Positions 22,932 through 34,387 of a stretch of 64,000 nt of DNA are shown here, one piece after another. The stretch's first letter is position 1; the number at the start of each line of letters is the position of its first letter. The position numbers and the translations under genes were made by a program. The stretch is from Candidatus Heimdallarchaeota archaeon (GTDB lineage Archaea; Asgardarchaeota; Heimdallarchaeia; JABLTI01). A model generated the notes under the pieces. The model ran no database searches. It saw only the letters and a list, made by a program, of their open reading frames with translations, and had not been told where the DNA came from. Location: assembly GCA_019058275.1 (NCBI GenBank), contig JAHLVW010000062.1:128001-192000 (forward strand), read 5' to 3'.

Positions 22932-23771
22932 ATGGAAAAAATTGTACGTATACAACCATATCCACATAGAAAAGATAGAGATTACCAACCTATTTTTGAT
23001 TTTCTAAAAAAAGTGATTATAATAATTGATTCTGAATTTCAGTTTAATGATACTTTAGTTGACGAATTTAAAGATGACAAACCATATGAATATCATACAA
23101 TTATTAAGAAGTTTGGAACAAAGGAAAGCGGTATTGAGGTTATTCAAGAAGCGGTATATGAACAAGTAGCAAGTGGTATTGCTATTGACAGAGTTGTTGT
23201 AAGAGCATTTGGTTTGAAACCAGGATTGGAAGCAGAAATTAAATCTATAAGAAACCAGGAAGACTCGCTGTTTTTGGAATTGAGAATAATTGCTTCAGAA
23301 GAAGCTGTTACAACAGTCGTCTCACAATTCTACAAGAAATTTGAAAGTACACCAATATTACAAAAAAAGTTGAGAAAAGAATTACTCATTTTAAACACTT
23401 CGCTAAAAAGAAGAGCTTGGTATGCAGTAGAAATGAGAGCAAAAAGTATTTTGAAAGATTTTCCTGGTCAACCACTAGCGCTATTCGCTTTCTCAATTGC
23501 TCGTGCAGCTCAAGGTGACTTAGATGCCAGACAGGAATTAGTTAAGCAAGTATCACAGTTAAAACCCGATCAAGAAGGCATTGCTCATGATCTAAGTGAT
23601 ATACAGAGGAAGAAAGAGGATAATGAACTTGCTTTAACAGAACTTAAACAAATTATACAACCTGAACCAGATAATCATCCTGCTCATTGGATGATAGATC
23701 AAGCACAAAAAGCTTTAGAAGAAATTACAGAAGCATTACGATCTTATGAAGAAAGTATTCAATGTGAGTAA
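22932..23771 (+). CDS. Hypothetical protein with C-terminal TPR-like helices
   Basis: QLKPDQEGIAHDL and QPEPDNHPAHWMI resemble degenerate TPR. Confidence 0.55.
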   Translation: MEKIVRIQPYPHRKDRDYQPIFDFLKKVIIIIDSEFQFNDTLVDEFKDDKPYEYHTIIKKFGTKESGIEVIQEAVYEQVASGIAIDRVVVRAFGLKPGLEAEIKSIRNQEDSLFLELRIIASEEAVTTVVSQFYKKFESTPILQKKLRKELLILNTSLKRRAWYAVEMRAKSILKDFPGQPLALFAFSIARAAQGDLDARQELVKQVSQLKPDQEGIAHDLSDIQRKKEDNELALTELKQIIQPEPDNHPAHWMIDQAQKALEEITEALRSYEESIQCE

Positions 23772-23885
23772 TGACTGTTTTTTTTACCATCTATAAATGA
23801 TTATTAGTTAATTATAATTGTAATAGTTATAACTGAAAGTTTAATATTTCAGAAAGTGCAGTGTTAACTCTAAAAAGAAATATGG

Positions 23886-24392
23886 GTGTTAAAAATAAAA
23901 CCATTAAGCCTTTGCATATCAACTATGGGTACAAAGGGATTAGAAGTTGTTAAAGTTCATCCCAATATCCTTAATGAAAAAACTCTCAATGAAATTGCTT
24001 TGAAAAGTATGCCATTAGGTGCAAAGGAAAACGATTTTATAACTGTAACATTAGCAGACAAGAAGGTTTTTTCAGCACTTATCTTTACAGTTCCATTACA
24101 ATTAGGAAGAGATAATATTGTATCTTTAATTGCCGTTTTTGAATCAATCAATTATAATGCAGAAATTATTCAGAAAAATTTCGTTAAAATTATATCTAAT
24201 ATAAAAGAAATTTTTGATATTTCAATCGAAGTTGTTAGTAAACTACTTCATGATATTTTTGAAGGTATTAAAAGAGAGAAATTCAAGCTAAATTTACCAT
24301 CAAATATTACTATTGATCTGGATTTCTCAGGACTCGAACTAAAATCAAAGAAAGATAAGGTAAAAAATCTAACAAGTGATGTTTGGGGATAG
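23886..24392 (+). CDS. uDENN/longin-like protein (putative)
   Basis: Short alpha/beta protein with G-x-E-V...P, 'IALKSMPLGA' motif resembling the uDENN core; recognised by pattern only. Confidence 0.45.
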   Translation: MLKIKPLSLCISTMGTKGLEVVKVHPNILNEKTLNEIALKSMPLGAKENDFITVTLADKKVFSALIFTVPLQLGRDNIVSLIAVFESINYNAEIIQKNFVKIISNIKEIFDISIEVVSKLLHDIFEGIKREKFKLNLPSNITIDLDFSGLELKSKKDKVKNLTSDVWG

Positions 24393-24431
24393 ACCACAAA
24401 CTAAAAAAAAAAGCATTAGTATAATTATGGT

Positions 24432-25241
24432 ATGGAGATTACTATTTATACTTGGTATTTTCTATTTACTTCATTAATGATTTCATTAGCATTATTAGCA
24501 TTTATTGTAGTTTTAATTAGACATTATATTAGAACAAAATCTTTAGGTACAATACTTTTAGTACTTACATATTCATTAATTACATTCGCAGAAATCTCAA
24601 ACACTATAGGTTTATGGTATTATGTTTTCGTATAAGAGATAAGTCTAGTAAGTGGTTATTTTGAACTTAATTTCGCTTTCTTCTATGGGTTAGCATATAT
24701 ATTTCTTTACTTCTTTGCAAACAGGCATATTTTGGAGGATAATGATTTAGTTAAATCACTAACATCAGTTGGAATAACAGCTCTAGTCAGTATAACAACT
24801 GCATTAATGTTTATGGAGTTAGTAAATCAACCAACAAATCCTTTCTATTAAAATGAATTCATCATGAATGGACCAAATATTATACAATTTACACCTTCAT
24901 TGATAATAGGTTCAATCATATTTATCCCGATTTTTATTTTAGTACATTTGAGAATAATAATTTCATTAGCGAAATTAGGGAAATCAATAGAAGATAAGTT
25001 CACAAAAAGAGGAATTTATTTCATTTTATTCGCTGTTGTTAGTTTAGTTGCAGCTGCATTAGTAGCTAGTTTTTTCACATTACCTAATGTTGGCAACCAA
25101 CCAGCCATAATAACTTTGCTTCATACCTTGCGAATAATATTAGTGCTAATAGGAATCGGACTAAGTTATATCGGATGGACGATGCCAAATTGGATGAAGA
25201 AGCTACTATCAAGAACAAAAGAAGAAGAGAACATTGAATGA
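24432..25241 (+). pseudogene. Multi-pass (about 7 TM) membrane protein, two in-frame stops
   Basis: Same frame throughout; TAA at 24633 and 24849; hydrophobic helices; C-terminal GWTMPNW. Confidence 0.65.
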
Positions 25242-25249
25242 TAGCAGTA

Positions 25250-26323
25250 TTAATTGAGTATTTTTGCTTTATCTTTACAGGCTTTAGCTTCCAAATCATT
25301 GCCCATCTCAGAATAGATTTCTGCTAATATCAACCAATTCTCCTTATTGCGAGGTTCAAAATTAGCGATTGATTTCCAGGTATTTAAAGCGAATTTGAAA
25401 TCTTTCTTATCCTTGTAATAATGTCCAACTCTCTTAACATATTTTAATCCCTCAGCCATACGTTTATTTTCGCTGTAATAAGTAAATAATTCAGTTAAAC
25501 CAAATAAATCATCGATTTCTAAAGATAAACCAAATTCACCAAACTCTTTTGCCTTTTCTCGTTGACCTAATGTTTCATAAACTAAAACCAAATCAAACCA
25601 GAAATTAGGATCTTTTGGGTAATCTTTGATTCTAACTAAATCTTTGAGAATATGATAATAGGTGCAATACATAATTTTGCGTATTCGGTCTGTTTCCATA
25701 ACAAACATCAACGTATCTTCCATTTTCCTCTTAATGTAAACAGGTAATTGGATTTGTCTTGAGGATTCGGAATGGTAGATGTAATATTTAGGAAAAAGCA
25801 AATTGAAGAAACGAATCACACTGTTAATTATGTCCTCTAATGATGACTTTTTGGTTATTTTATTATAATCGATAATTTTCGTGCTCCAAAATTTGAAAGC
25901 TTGTTCCCTGAAATCTGGTTCTTTATCAAAGGGTCGTAATCCAATCTCAGCTAATATTTCAGAATGCTTAGTAGGATTATCAATTTTAAGAATTGAAAGT
26001 ATCTGCAGGTAAGTTCTTCTAACATATTTTGTTAACATTTTTTCTTCTTCAGTAGCTGGTTCTTCTCTTGGAGCAAGAAAAACATCAAGAATATCAGAAT
26101 CTTTCTTTTCATACTTGAAAACATTAAAACTATTTTCTCCTTCATCAGGATTATATGTGTTAATTCTATAGTCAGGAAATTGCTCTTCAAAAAACCTTGC
26201 AACGTGAAAAACAATGTCTTCTAGGGATCTATATTTAGCAATTTTATTGGAAGAAATTATTCGGTTTGCCCATTCGTTCATTAATTCATCACTAGGTTCA
26301 GGAATTCCAGAAGTTTGATCCAT
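25250..26323 (-). CDS. Protein with internal duplication and C-terminal TPR repeats
   Basis: SLEDIVFHVARFFEEQFPDY / SLEDIINSVIRFFNLLFPKY repeat; TPR EPRNKENWLILAEIY. Confidence 0.65.
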   Translation of the reverse strand: MDQTSGIPEPSDELMNEWANRIISSNKIAKYRSLEDIVFHVARFFEEQFPDYRINTYNPDEGENSFNVFKYEKKDSDILDVFLAPREEPATEEEKMLTKYVRRTYLQILSILKIDNPTKHSEILAEIGLRPFDKEPDFREQAFKFWSTKIIDYNKITKKSSLEDIINSVIRFFNLLFPKYYIYHSESSRQIQLPVYIKRKMEDTLMFVMETDRIRKIMYCTYYHILKDLVRIKDYPKDPNFWFDLVLVYETLGQREKAKEFGEFGLSLEIDDLFGLTELFTYYSENKRMAEGLKYVKRVGHYYKDKKDFKFALNTWKSIANFEPRNKENWLILAEIYSEMGNDLEAKACKDKAKILN

Positions 26324-26398
26324 CTTTTACACCCACTATTTGAGGTTAATGTCGCATTGAAAATTAAGTTTTTCTTTTAAACTTAACTTCACTTTTTG

Positions 26399-26919
26399 TT
26401 AATTATCCAATAATAAATCACTGTAAGAATGATTTTGAATGTTATCGGGAGTTATTTTAAACAAATCAATATATAAATTAACAATATCATGAAGTTGTTT
26501 CATTTTTGTGGGATTCTTAGTCATTGCTTCAATTTCAATAAAATCATCTAAATCTCTTACTTCAACAATATTAAATTTAACATTTTCAATAAAATACATC
26601 TCTCTTTTCTTCGTCACCTCAATAAGAACTCCGAAAGCTTTCCTTAACATCTGCTCAAGTGTAATTTGATCAATTGATTTGTACAAATAAAATTCGCTGG
26701 ATTTAATATCCTTTATATTATCCCTTTTATAATACACTAAAGCATTTTCAATACTTCCTTTTCGAAGTTTTAAAAGACCATCAAATGTCTTAAAATAAAT
26801 GTCAGTTTGGTAATTTAATCCATAATAAGAAGTTCCTTTTGATTATAGTATTACTCTAACCTTATCTGGTTATCATATCTTGCATTTATTTCAATGTTAA
26901 TAAATTGTTTAATAACCAT
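26399..26919 (-). pseudogene. CYTH / class IV adenylate cyclase family, disrupted
   Basis: NIEINAR (ExExK-like), QTDIYF, LKLRKG, KKREMY, FIEIEA, SYSDLL; frameshift near the 5' end. Confidence 0.75.
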
Positions 26920-27009
26920 GAGATTTTCTCTATTAATCTAACTTTTTAAAAACAAAAGTTATTAATCATAAAATTATTATTATAACGTACTTTTTGGAGG
27001 GAATTTGAT

Positions 27010-28776
27010 TTGCAACTAAAAACAAAAAATGTTATTGTTTTTATTTTGTTACTATTAACACCTTTTGTTACAATTAACAATGATTCAAATGCAAAGGTGA
27101 TAATAAAGGAACAAGATATAGGAATTAATGCATTAGGAACTTTTTTGGATTGGGATTTTATAACAGGAGATTGGATTGGTTCTTCAGCTACTGTTGCTGA
27201 CCTTGATGCAGATGGTACACTAGAAGTTATTATTGGTTCAGCTGATGATAAGCTTTATTGTTTAAGTCATACGGGATCTGAAGAGTGGAGTTACACAGCA
27301 AGTGCTGATATTGTTTCTTCAGCTGCTGTAGCTGATCTTGATGCAGATGGTGATTTTGAAATTATCGTGGGTTCCGATGATTTTGGTATTTATTGTTTAA
27401 ATCATTTAGGAACTAAAGAATGGGACTATACAACTGATCAAATTGTTTGGGGATCTCCAGCAATTGTTGATCTTGATGCTGATGGTACACTTGAAGTCAT
27501 TATTGGTTCTGGTGATAGTAATATTTATTGCTTAAATCATCTAGGAATAAAAGAATGGAACCGCACATTAGGCGATGCCATGATAGCTTCGCCTGCAGTT
27601 GCTGACCTTGATGCAGATGGTACTCTGGAAGTGGTTATAGGAACAATGGATAACAAGCTTTATTGCGTAAGCCACTTGGGTATGATAGAATGGAGCTACA
27701 CAACAGGTGGTTGGATTGGTTCCTCAGCAGCTATTGCAGACCTTGACGATGATGATACATTAGAAGTACTTGTAGGTTCAAATGATAACAAGCTTCACTG
27801 TGTGAGTCATTTAGGAATAAGTGAATGGAATTTTACAACTGGTTTTTGGATTGATGGGTCACCTGCAATTGCTGATTTAGATAACGATGGAACTTATGAA
27901 GTGCTTGTGGGTTCGCAAGATACTAAGATTTATTGTCTTGATCACACTGGAGCTGAAGAATGGAGTTACATAACAAGCGCTGAAATACTTTCTCCCACTG
28001 TAGGTGATCTCGATAATGATGGCAATTTGGAAGTGTTAGTAGGTTCAAATGATTTCATAATGTATTGTCTTAATAAAACAGGAGATTTAGTATGGTTCTA
28101 CATAACAGGTGGTTTTCTTCGATCTACTCCTACAATTGCTGACCTTGATGCCGACGGTCTCAATGAAATTATTTTTGGATGTTATGATAATAAGGTATAT
28201 TGTTTAGGATTAACTGGAGTTGCTTCATCTGGTCCTCAACAATGGTATCGTCACAGAGGTAACAATTTTAACACAGGTCATTTAGATAGTGATGGCGATT
28301 ATATTGATGATTTAACGGAAGAAACTTGGTATCAAACAAATCCAAATGTAGTGGATTCGGATAATGATCAATTATCAGATTGGGAAGAAATATACTATTA
28401 TCATACTGATCCAGTAAGTTCAGATTCAGACAATGATGGATTAGATGATCATCAAGAAGTCATTTTCGTAGGAACCGATCCCAATGATCCAGATACTGAT
28501 GATGACGGTTTATTAGATGGAGATGAAGATTTCTTATACAGTACCAATCCTCTAGATCCTGATAGTGATGATGATGGAATCAATGATGGCGATGAAATTG
28601 CTAATGGTACAGATCCTTTAGATCCAAATGATCCTCCTCCACCCACAACTCCTACAAATACAACTACAGAGGAAACAGGTTACAAAAGTGGGTTGATAGC
28701 TGGATTTACAACCATTACCTTTGTTGCGATATTTGTCTTGGTTTCTAATCGACGAAGAAAAAAGTACATAGGATAA
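27010..28776 (+). CDS. Secreted FG-GAP/VCBS-like beta-propeller with Ca-binding DxDxDG repeats and C-terminal anchor
   Basis: Eight about 45-aa repeats (SPAIADLDADGTLEVIIGS.D.KLYCL.H.G..EW), DSDDDGL repeats, PT-rich linker, TM, RRRKK. Confidence 0.85.
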   Translation: MQLKTKNVIVFILLLLTPFVTINNDSNAKVIIKEQDIGINALGTFLDWDFITGDWIGSSATVADLDADGTLEVIIGSADDKLYCLSHTGSEEWSYTASADIVSSAAVADLDADGDFEIIVGSDDFGIYCLNHLGTKEWDYTTDQIVWGSPAIVDLDADGTLEVIIGSGDSNIYCLNHLGIKEWNRTLGDAMIASPAVADLDADGTLEVVIGTMDNKLYCVSHLGMIEWSYTTGGWIGSSAAIADLDDDDTLEVLVGSNDNKLHCVSHLGISEWNFTTGFWIDGSPAIADLDNDGTYEVLVGSQDTKIYCLDHTGAEEWSYITSAEILSPTVGDLDNDGNLEVLVGSNDFIMYCLNKTGDLVWFYITGGFLRSTPTIADLDADGLNEIIFGCYDNKVYCLGLTGVASSGPQQWYRHRGNNFNTGHLDSDGDYIDDLTEETWYQTNPNVVDSDNDQLSDWEEIYYYHTDPVSSDSDNDGLDDHQEVIFVGTDPNDPDTDDDGLLDGDEDFLYSTNPLDPDSDDDGINDGDEIANGTDPLDPNDPPPPTTPTNTTTEETGYKSGLIAGFTTITFVAIFVLVSNRRRKKYIG

Positions 28777-28787
28777 TTCAATGCATG

Positions 28788-28818
28788 ATGAGGAAAAATA
28801 GACTCCTCATTTTTTTTT
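28788..28818 (+). terminator. Hairpin + U-tract terminator
   Basis: ATGAGGA-N9-TCCTCAT followed by a long T run. Confidence 0.6.
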
Positions 28819-28894
28819 ATTTTTTATTTACTTGTAGATTTGTAATTAACTAAAGGGTTTTTAGAAAATAATTTTAACATAGTAAATTCTTTGG

Positions 28895-29419
28895 TTGATT
28901 ATGATTTGTGTGGATATTGGTAAATGTACTGGTTGCAAAAGATGCGAAACTGCATGTGCTTTTTTTCACACACAGAGAGTTAGTAATCATCTTGCTAGAA
29001 TAAAAGTCTTGAATTTGTATGAAATTGGAATTGATAGCCCAGTTGTTTGCCAGCAATGTGAAGAGCGTTTTTGTTTAAAAAATTGTCCAACCGAAGCATT
29101 AAGTATTGGTTCTCTTGGAGAAATTGTTGTTAATATGGATATTTGTTCTTTATGTTTTAATTGCGAAGATGCATGTCCAATTGGAGCTATTCAGCTCTAT
29201 AAGGAAAAAGTAATTGTCTGCAATCTCTGTTCAGGGGATCCTGAGTGTATAAAAGCATGTACAGAAAAAGCTTTATCTTTGAGTTTAGATGAAAAACACT
29301 CTTCATTAGTTTCCTTTAAAGATGCTTCAAAAAACTATACTCCAAGTGAAAAAAGATTCGCATTTATCAAGAAGCAAGGAATTGAATTGCGAAAGAAATG
29401 GATGGATAATCTTGCTTAA
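28895..29419 (+). CDS. 4Fe-4S dicluster electron-transfer protein (AOR-associated)
   Basis: CTGCKRCETAC, CQQC...C...CP, CSLCFNCEDACP, CNLC...C..AC. Confidence 0.9.
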   Translation: MIMICVDIGKCTGCKRCETACAFFHTQRVSNHLARIKVLNLYEIGIDSPVVCQQCEERFCLKNCPTEALSIGSLGEIVVNMDICSLCFNCEDACPIGAIQLYKEKVIVCNLCSGDPECIKACTEKALSLSLDEKHSSLVSFKDASKNYTPSEKRFAFIKKQGIELRKKWMDNLA

Positions 29420-31208
29420 GTATGGTTTTGGTGGGAAAATACTCAGAATCAATCTTTCAGAGAAAGAATATAAAATTGAGAAATTTTCTTCAAGCTGGAT
29501 TAAACCACTTATTGGTGGAAGAACTGCAAACACGAAAATACTCTATGATGAATTAGATTTTGAATGCAATCCTTTGGGTGAAGAAAACATACTCATCTTT
29601 GGTATTGGTCCATTAACTGGCTCTATTCTTCCAGCATCAGCATATTTTACAGTAACAGCTAAATCACCTTTAACAGGAATTTTAGGTGACTCAGCAGCAG
29701 GTGGTTCATTTGGACCAGAAATGAAGCAAACAGGTTTTGATCAAATTATAATAACTGGAAAAGCAAAAGAATTACTATATTTGTTGATTAAGGATAATGA
29801 AGTAGAATTCCATCCTTCCTCTAATTTGGCTAGTAAGACAATTATTGAGACTACTAGTTATATCAGACAAAAACACAAGGATTATGCTATCCAAGTAGCT
29901 GCAATAGGTTCTGCAGGAGAGCACCAAGTTTTCTACTCAGCAATCGTCTCGAGCGGAAATCGAGTTAATGGACGAACTGGAATGGGTGCAGTTATGGGTT
30001 CAAAAAATCTAAAAGCAATAGCCGTTCGAGGTTCAAGTCCGGTAGAATATGCAAATCCAGTAATTCTTAAACAAGAATCAGAGAAAATACAAACAGCAAT
30101 TATGAAGCATAATGAATATACCAAAAGATACAATCTAGGAACTACCATGCTCATGAATGATTTAAACAGCATTGGTATACTGCCAACAAATCACTTCCAA
30201 GAAGGAGTTTGTAAATATATAGATGAAATATCAGGAGAAAAACTAGCAAGTACCTATAAAGTGAAAAATAAATCTTGTTTTAATTGTAATCTTCATTGCT
30301 CGAGATACTATATTTGTGATAACAAAGAAGCAGAGGGACCTGAATTTGAAACACTTTGTAGTTTTACTTCAAAAATAGGTAGCTCTAACCTTCCTTTTGC
30401 TCTTGAGATGAACCTTTGGTTAAATCAAATGGGTTTGGATTCTATTTCAACTTCAGAAGTTATTGCTTGGATAATGGAGTGTCAAGAACGAGGTTTAGTA
30501 CAACCAGAAGAACTAGAAGGCCTTGAATTAAAGTGGGGAGATACAGAAAAAGTTCGAGAAATAGTAAAGAAGATAACCTTTAGGGAAGGAATAGGTGACA
30601 AGTTAGCAAACGGTGCAAGAAATCTATCATTGGATTTCAGTGAAGAAGCACAAAAATTAGTTCTGCATGTAAAAGGTTTAGATGTAATTAATGGAGATCC
30701 AAGAGGGATTAAAGCTTATGGATTAACATATGCAATAGCTTCACGAGGTGGAGACCATCTAAGAGCTGAACCATTTTTTGAATTAACTAATCGAAAAGAA
30801 GAAGCTAAAAGGAGATTCGGAACTGAAAAAGCTGCTGATCGATTGTCAGAAGAAGGTAAAGCTGCTCTTGTAGTTTATTCAGAGAAAATCGCACTTCTAA
30901 CAGATAGTATGACCATGTGCAAAAACATTGGTTTGTGTATGGACATCTTAAATTTTGAGAATGTTTCTAATCTTCTGAATGCGTGTTCAGGATTGAATTA
31001 TACACCAGATTATTTACAGAGAATAATGAAAGAATCCATTGATTTACAACAAAAGCTCAATGAAAAATTTGGCATTACTCGAGAAGATGATACTTTACCT
31101 GAAAGATTTATTTCTGAAACATTAAAGCAGGGACCAACTATGGGTTCAACAGTTAATATTGAAAAGATGGTGGATGAATATTATAAACTACATAATTGGA
31201 AAAGTTAA
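29412..31208 (+). CDS. aor: Tungsten-containing aldehyde:ferredoxin oxidoreductase family
   Basis: ILRINLS, AKSPLTG, GRTGMGAVMGSKNLKAIAV, CFNCNLHC, EGPEFET, RGGDH, DDTLPERF; probable TTG start at 29412 overlapping the upstream stop. Confidence 0.9.
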   Translation: MLKYGFGGKILRINLSEKEYKIEKFSSSWIKPLIGGRTANTKILYDELDFECNPLGEENILIFGIGPLTGSILPASAYFTVTAKSPLTGILGDSAAGGSFGPEMKQTGFDQIIITGKAKELLYLLIKDNEVEFHPSSNLASKTIIETTSYIRQKHKDYAIQVAAIGSAGEHQVFYSAIVSSGNRVNGRTGMGAVMGSKNLKAIAVRGSSPVEYANPVILKQESEKIQTAIMKHNEYTKRYNLGTTMLMNDLNSIGILPTNHFQEGVCKYIDEISGEKLASTYKVKNKSCFNCNLHCSRYYICDNKEAEGPEFETLCSFTSKIGSSNLPFALEMNLWLNQMGLDSISTSEVIAWIMECQERGLVQPEELEGLELKWGDTEKVREIVKKITFREGIGDKLANGARNLSLDFSEEAQKLVLHVKGLDVINGDPRGIKAYGLTYAIASRGGDHLRAEPFFELTNRKEEAKRRFGTEKAADRLSEEGKAALVVYSEKIALLTDSMTMCKNIGLCMDILNFENVSNLLNACSGLNYTPDYLQRIMKESIDLQQKLNEKFGITREDDTLPERFISETLKQGPTMGSTVNIEKMVDEYYKLHNWKS

Positions 31209-31324
31209 TTTCAAAATCTTATGATACCATTGATTCATTATACAAGAAATCTTTATTAACAATGTGTATCTATTTTGGAGTATTAAGTGGGAATCTTATA
31301 GATGCTATTGTGTGGAGTTAAATA

Positions 31325-34294
31325 ATGAACTTAAAAAAAGAAAGTATTCTAATTGTTTTTATGTTTTGTATTTTGGTTTCTACTCCGTTTTTTTTGAAAA
31401 ATAATGAGCAGAAGAAATTTAATGATTCTATTAATATAATTGAAATAGAAAAAACATCTCCAGAAAAAGCTATTTTTGATGCTACACCTCCAGGAGATAA
31501 CATTACAGAATTAAGCGTATTAGATGATATTTATGGTGGAGTATCAAGAGATGTCTACATCAATGGTAGTTACGCTTATATAGCTACATCAGAAGGTGGA
31601 CTGGTCGTTGTTAATATAACAAATCCAACAAGTCCAACAGCAATTGATTATTTCTGGGATGAATTCGAAGCAGATGAAGTTTATGTAGAAGATGAGTATG
31701 TATATCTTGGACATAGACAATCAGGATTGCAAATATTCAATGCTTCAGATCCAAGCAACATAACAAAAATTGGTCAATACAGTTCAAATTATTGCGGTGA
31801 ATTTACAATTATTGATAATATAGCCTATATAGCAGGACAATGGACAGATTTAGTTATAGTAAATATAACTGATCGAACAAATCCAGAAAAGCTTGGAGAA
31901 TATAACAATGGTACAACAATATCTTATGGTATCTCCATACAAGGCAATTATGCCTATGTGACTCATGGAACATGGTGTGTTCACGTTGTAGATATATCAA
32001 ATCCTGCATCACCTTATGAAGTATCATATTACAAGAATGGAGCTTTCTATCTAGATATCGAAGTTGATGGGCAATATGGTTATGCAACAGGAGCATCTGG
32101 AACAGGTCTAGAAACAATTAATTTTACAGACATTAATAATCCGGAATTTCTTGATTCTTATTTGATTGGAAACCCATTAGAAGTTGAGAAACAAGGAAAT
32201 ATCGTCTGCGTTAGTGATTACTCAACAGAGGCGAGATTTTATGACGTCAGTGATGTCACAAATATTCAGTACATCAATGCCTATAGCACACCAACTTTTG
32301 GTGTTGGAAATTGTTTCACTGGCGGTGATATTTTTGGAATAACAGATTATTACCAAGGACTTTATCTAGTGAATATCTCTGAACTGTCATCATCAACCGC
32401 GCCAACCTACATTGGTAGTTGCTTTTTAGGTGGTATCGTACACAACACATTCGTTTATGGTGATTTATTATTTGTAGCTAAAGGATATAATGGATTACAT
32501 ATTTACAATATATCAAATCCATTGTTGCCTGAATTTAAAAGTCAACTAACCATATCATCAAATACAGAAGTTTATAGTGTATATGTTTACAATGATGTTG
32601 CTTATGTAGGCGTCACAGGCCATGGATTAGCTTTTGTTGAATTTAGTGATCCATCAAGTCCTACAGTTTTAAATACGGTTTTAATTGGTCGTGAATTTGA
32701 AGATATATTTGTACAGGGTAATTATACCTTTATTGCTTGTACTTATAATGGATTAGAAATTTTTAATACAACATCAATATCAACAGCATATCATCTTTCA
32801 ACATTCGATGATGGTGGATATGCGTATGGTGTATTTGTAAATGGAAGCTATGCATTTGTTGCAGATGGTGGAGATGAACTAGAAGTAATAGATATCTCAG
32901 ATTTAACAAACCCAACTGAATATGCTTCTTATACTGATGGGAATGGTTATGGAGAAGATGTTTGGGTTGAAGGAAAATATATCCTTTTTGCAGATAGCTA
33001 TGATGGTTTAGAAATACTTGATGGAAGCAATCTTGCGTCAATTTCCTTTGTTAGTAGACATGATGATGGAGCTAATGCAAACGGATTACATGTTGAAGGT
33101 GATATGATTTGTGTAGCTGATTTGCGAGATGGATTTGAATTCATCAACTGGAGTGATCCAACGACACCGTTTGAAGTTGCTCAATATGATTATGAAGGAA
33201 ATCCAGAAGGAGTATTCTTACATCAAGGAATCGTCTATGGAGCAGCAAAAGAAGGTGGAGTAAGAATATTAGCATTCGATAATGATGAAGACAACATTTC
33301 AACTTGGTTAGAATTGAATATCTATGGATCAGATCATTACAGTCTAAATAGTGATGCTGATACATTGAGTGATTACGAAGAAGTATACATCTATGGAACA
33401 GCACCAGCTCTATCAGATACTGATTCAGATGCAATAAATGATGATGATGAATTATTTACTTATTCCAGTGATCCATTAGATCCAGATTGTGATGATGATG
33501 GCCTGTCAGATGGGGATGAAGTGGCTCATAGTACAGGCATATGGAATCCAGATTCAGATAGCGATACAATATTAGATGGAGAAGAAGTATTCGCAGGAGT
33601 AGACGGATACATAACAGATCCATTAAGTGATGACACAGATTCAGATGGATTAACTGATCCTTATGAAATTAACACAAGTCTTACAGATCCAACAGATGGA
33701 GATTCAGATGGAGAAGGCTTAGATGATTGGGAAGAGCTCAATCTTGGAACAGATGGCTATATCACAAATCCTCTTGATAGCGACAGCGATGACGATGGTT
33801 TAGACGATTATGAAGAATCTATACTTGGAACTGATGGTTATGTAACTGATCCAACAGATGATGATAGTGACGATGATGGTCTGAATGATGGAGATGAATA
33901 CATAGAAGGTACTGATCCCAATGATGCTGATTCAGATGACGATCTTATTTCAGATGGGGATGAAGTTGGAACCTATGGTTCCGATCCATTATTAGCTGAT
34001 ACAGATGCAGATGGTATTGATGACTATGAAGAATCTATCCCAGGTGATGACGGGTACATTACCGATCCAACAGAAACAGACACAGATGGGGATGGTATTG
34101 ATGATGGAGCTGAAATCACTGCAGGAACAGATCCAACAGATCCAAATGATCCTCCACCAACTACCACTCCAACAAATACAACTACTGAAGAAACAGGTTA
34201 CAAAGGTGGTTTGATTGCTGGATTTACTATCATTACCTCTGTTGCACTATTAGTCTTGGTTTCCGATCGTCAAAGAATTCGATATACCAAATAA
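31325..34294 (+). CDS. Secreted LVIVD-repeat beta-propeller with DxDxDG repeats and C-terminal anchor
   Basis: GLVVVNITNPTSP / LVIVNITDRTNP repeats, about 11 DPxxxDSDxDGLxD repeats, tail shared with 27010-28776. Confidence 0.85.
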   Translation: MNLKKESILIVFMFCILVSTPFFLKNNEQKKFNDSINIIEIEKTSPEKAIFDATPPGDNITELSVLDDIYGGVSRDVYINGSYAYIATSEGGLVVVNITNPTSPTAIDYFWDEFEADEVYVEDEYVYLGHRQSGLQIFNASDPSNITKIGQYSSNYCGEFTIIDNIAYIAGQWTDLVIVNITDRTNPEKLGEYNNGTTISYGISIQGNYAYVTHGTWCVHVVDISNPASPYEVSYYKNGAFYLDIEVDGQYGYATGASGTGLETINFTDINNPEFLDSYLIGNPLEVEKQGNIVCVSDYSTEARFYDVSDVTNIQYINAYSTPTFGVGNCFTGGDIFGITDYYQGLYLVNISELSSSTAPTYIGSCFLGGIVHNTFVYGDLLFVAKGYNGLHIYNISNPLLPEFKSQLTISSNTEVYSVYVYNDVAYVGVTGHGLAFVEFSDPSSPTVLNTVLIGREFEDIFVQGNYTFIACTYNGLEIFNTTSISTAYHLSTFDDGGYAYGVFVNGSYAFVADGGDELEVIDISDLTNPTEYASYTDGNGYGEDVWVEGKYILFADSYDGLEILDGSNLASISFVSRHDDGANANGLHVEGDMICVADLRDGFEFINWSDPTTPFEVAQYDYEGNPEGVFLHQGIVYGAAKEGGVRILAFDNDEDNISTWLELNIYGSDHYSLNSDADTLSDYEEVYIYGTAPALSDTDSDAINDDDELFTYSSDPLDPDCDDDGLSDGDEVAHSTGIWNPDSDSDTILDGEEVFAGVDGYITDPLSDDTDSDGLTDPYEINTSLTDPTDGDSDGEGLDDWEELNLGTDGYITNPLDSDSDDDGLDDYEESILGTDGYVTDPTDDDSDDDGLNDGDEYIEGTDPNDADSDDDLISDGDEVGTYGSDPLLADTDADGIDDYEESIPGDDGYITDPTETDTDGDGIDDGAEITAGTDPTDPNDPPPTTTPTNTTTEETGYKGGLIAGFTIITSVALLVLVSDRQRIRYTK

Positions 34295-34387
34295 ACTAGA
34301 AATATTAGAAGGAATTTTTTCTTCTTCTTTTTTATTTAGATATTATTTTGTAAAATTAAAAATAAATAAAAGAAAGGGAGAATCTAA

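Noticed and set aside
27150-28200. Periodic about 135-nt repeats as a CRISPR or DGR element
   Set aside because: They are in-frame beta-propeller protein repeats; no spacers, cas genes or reverse transcriptase
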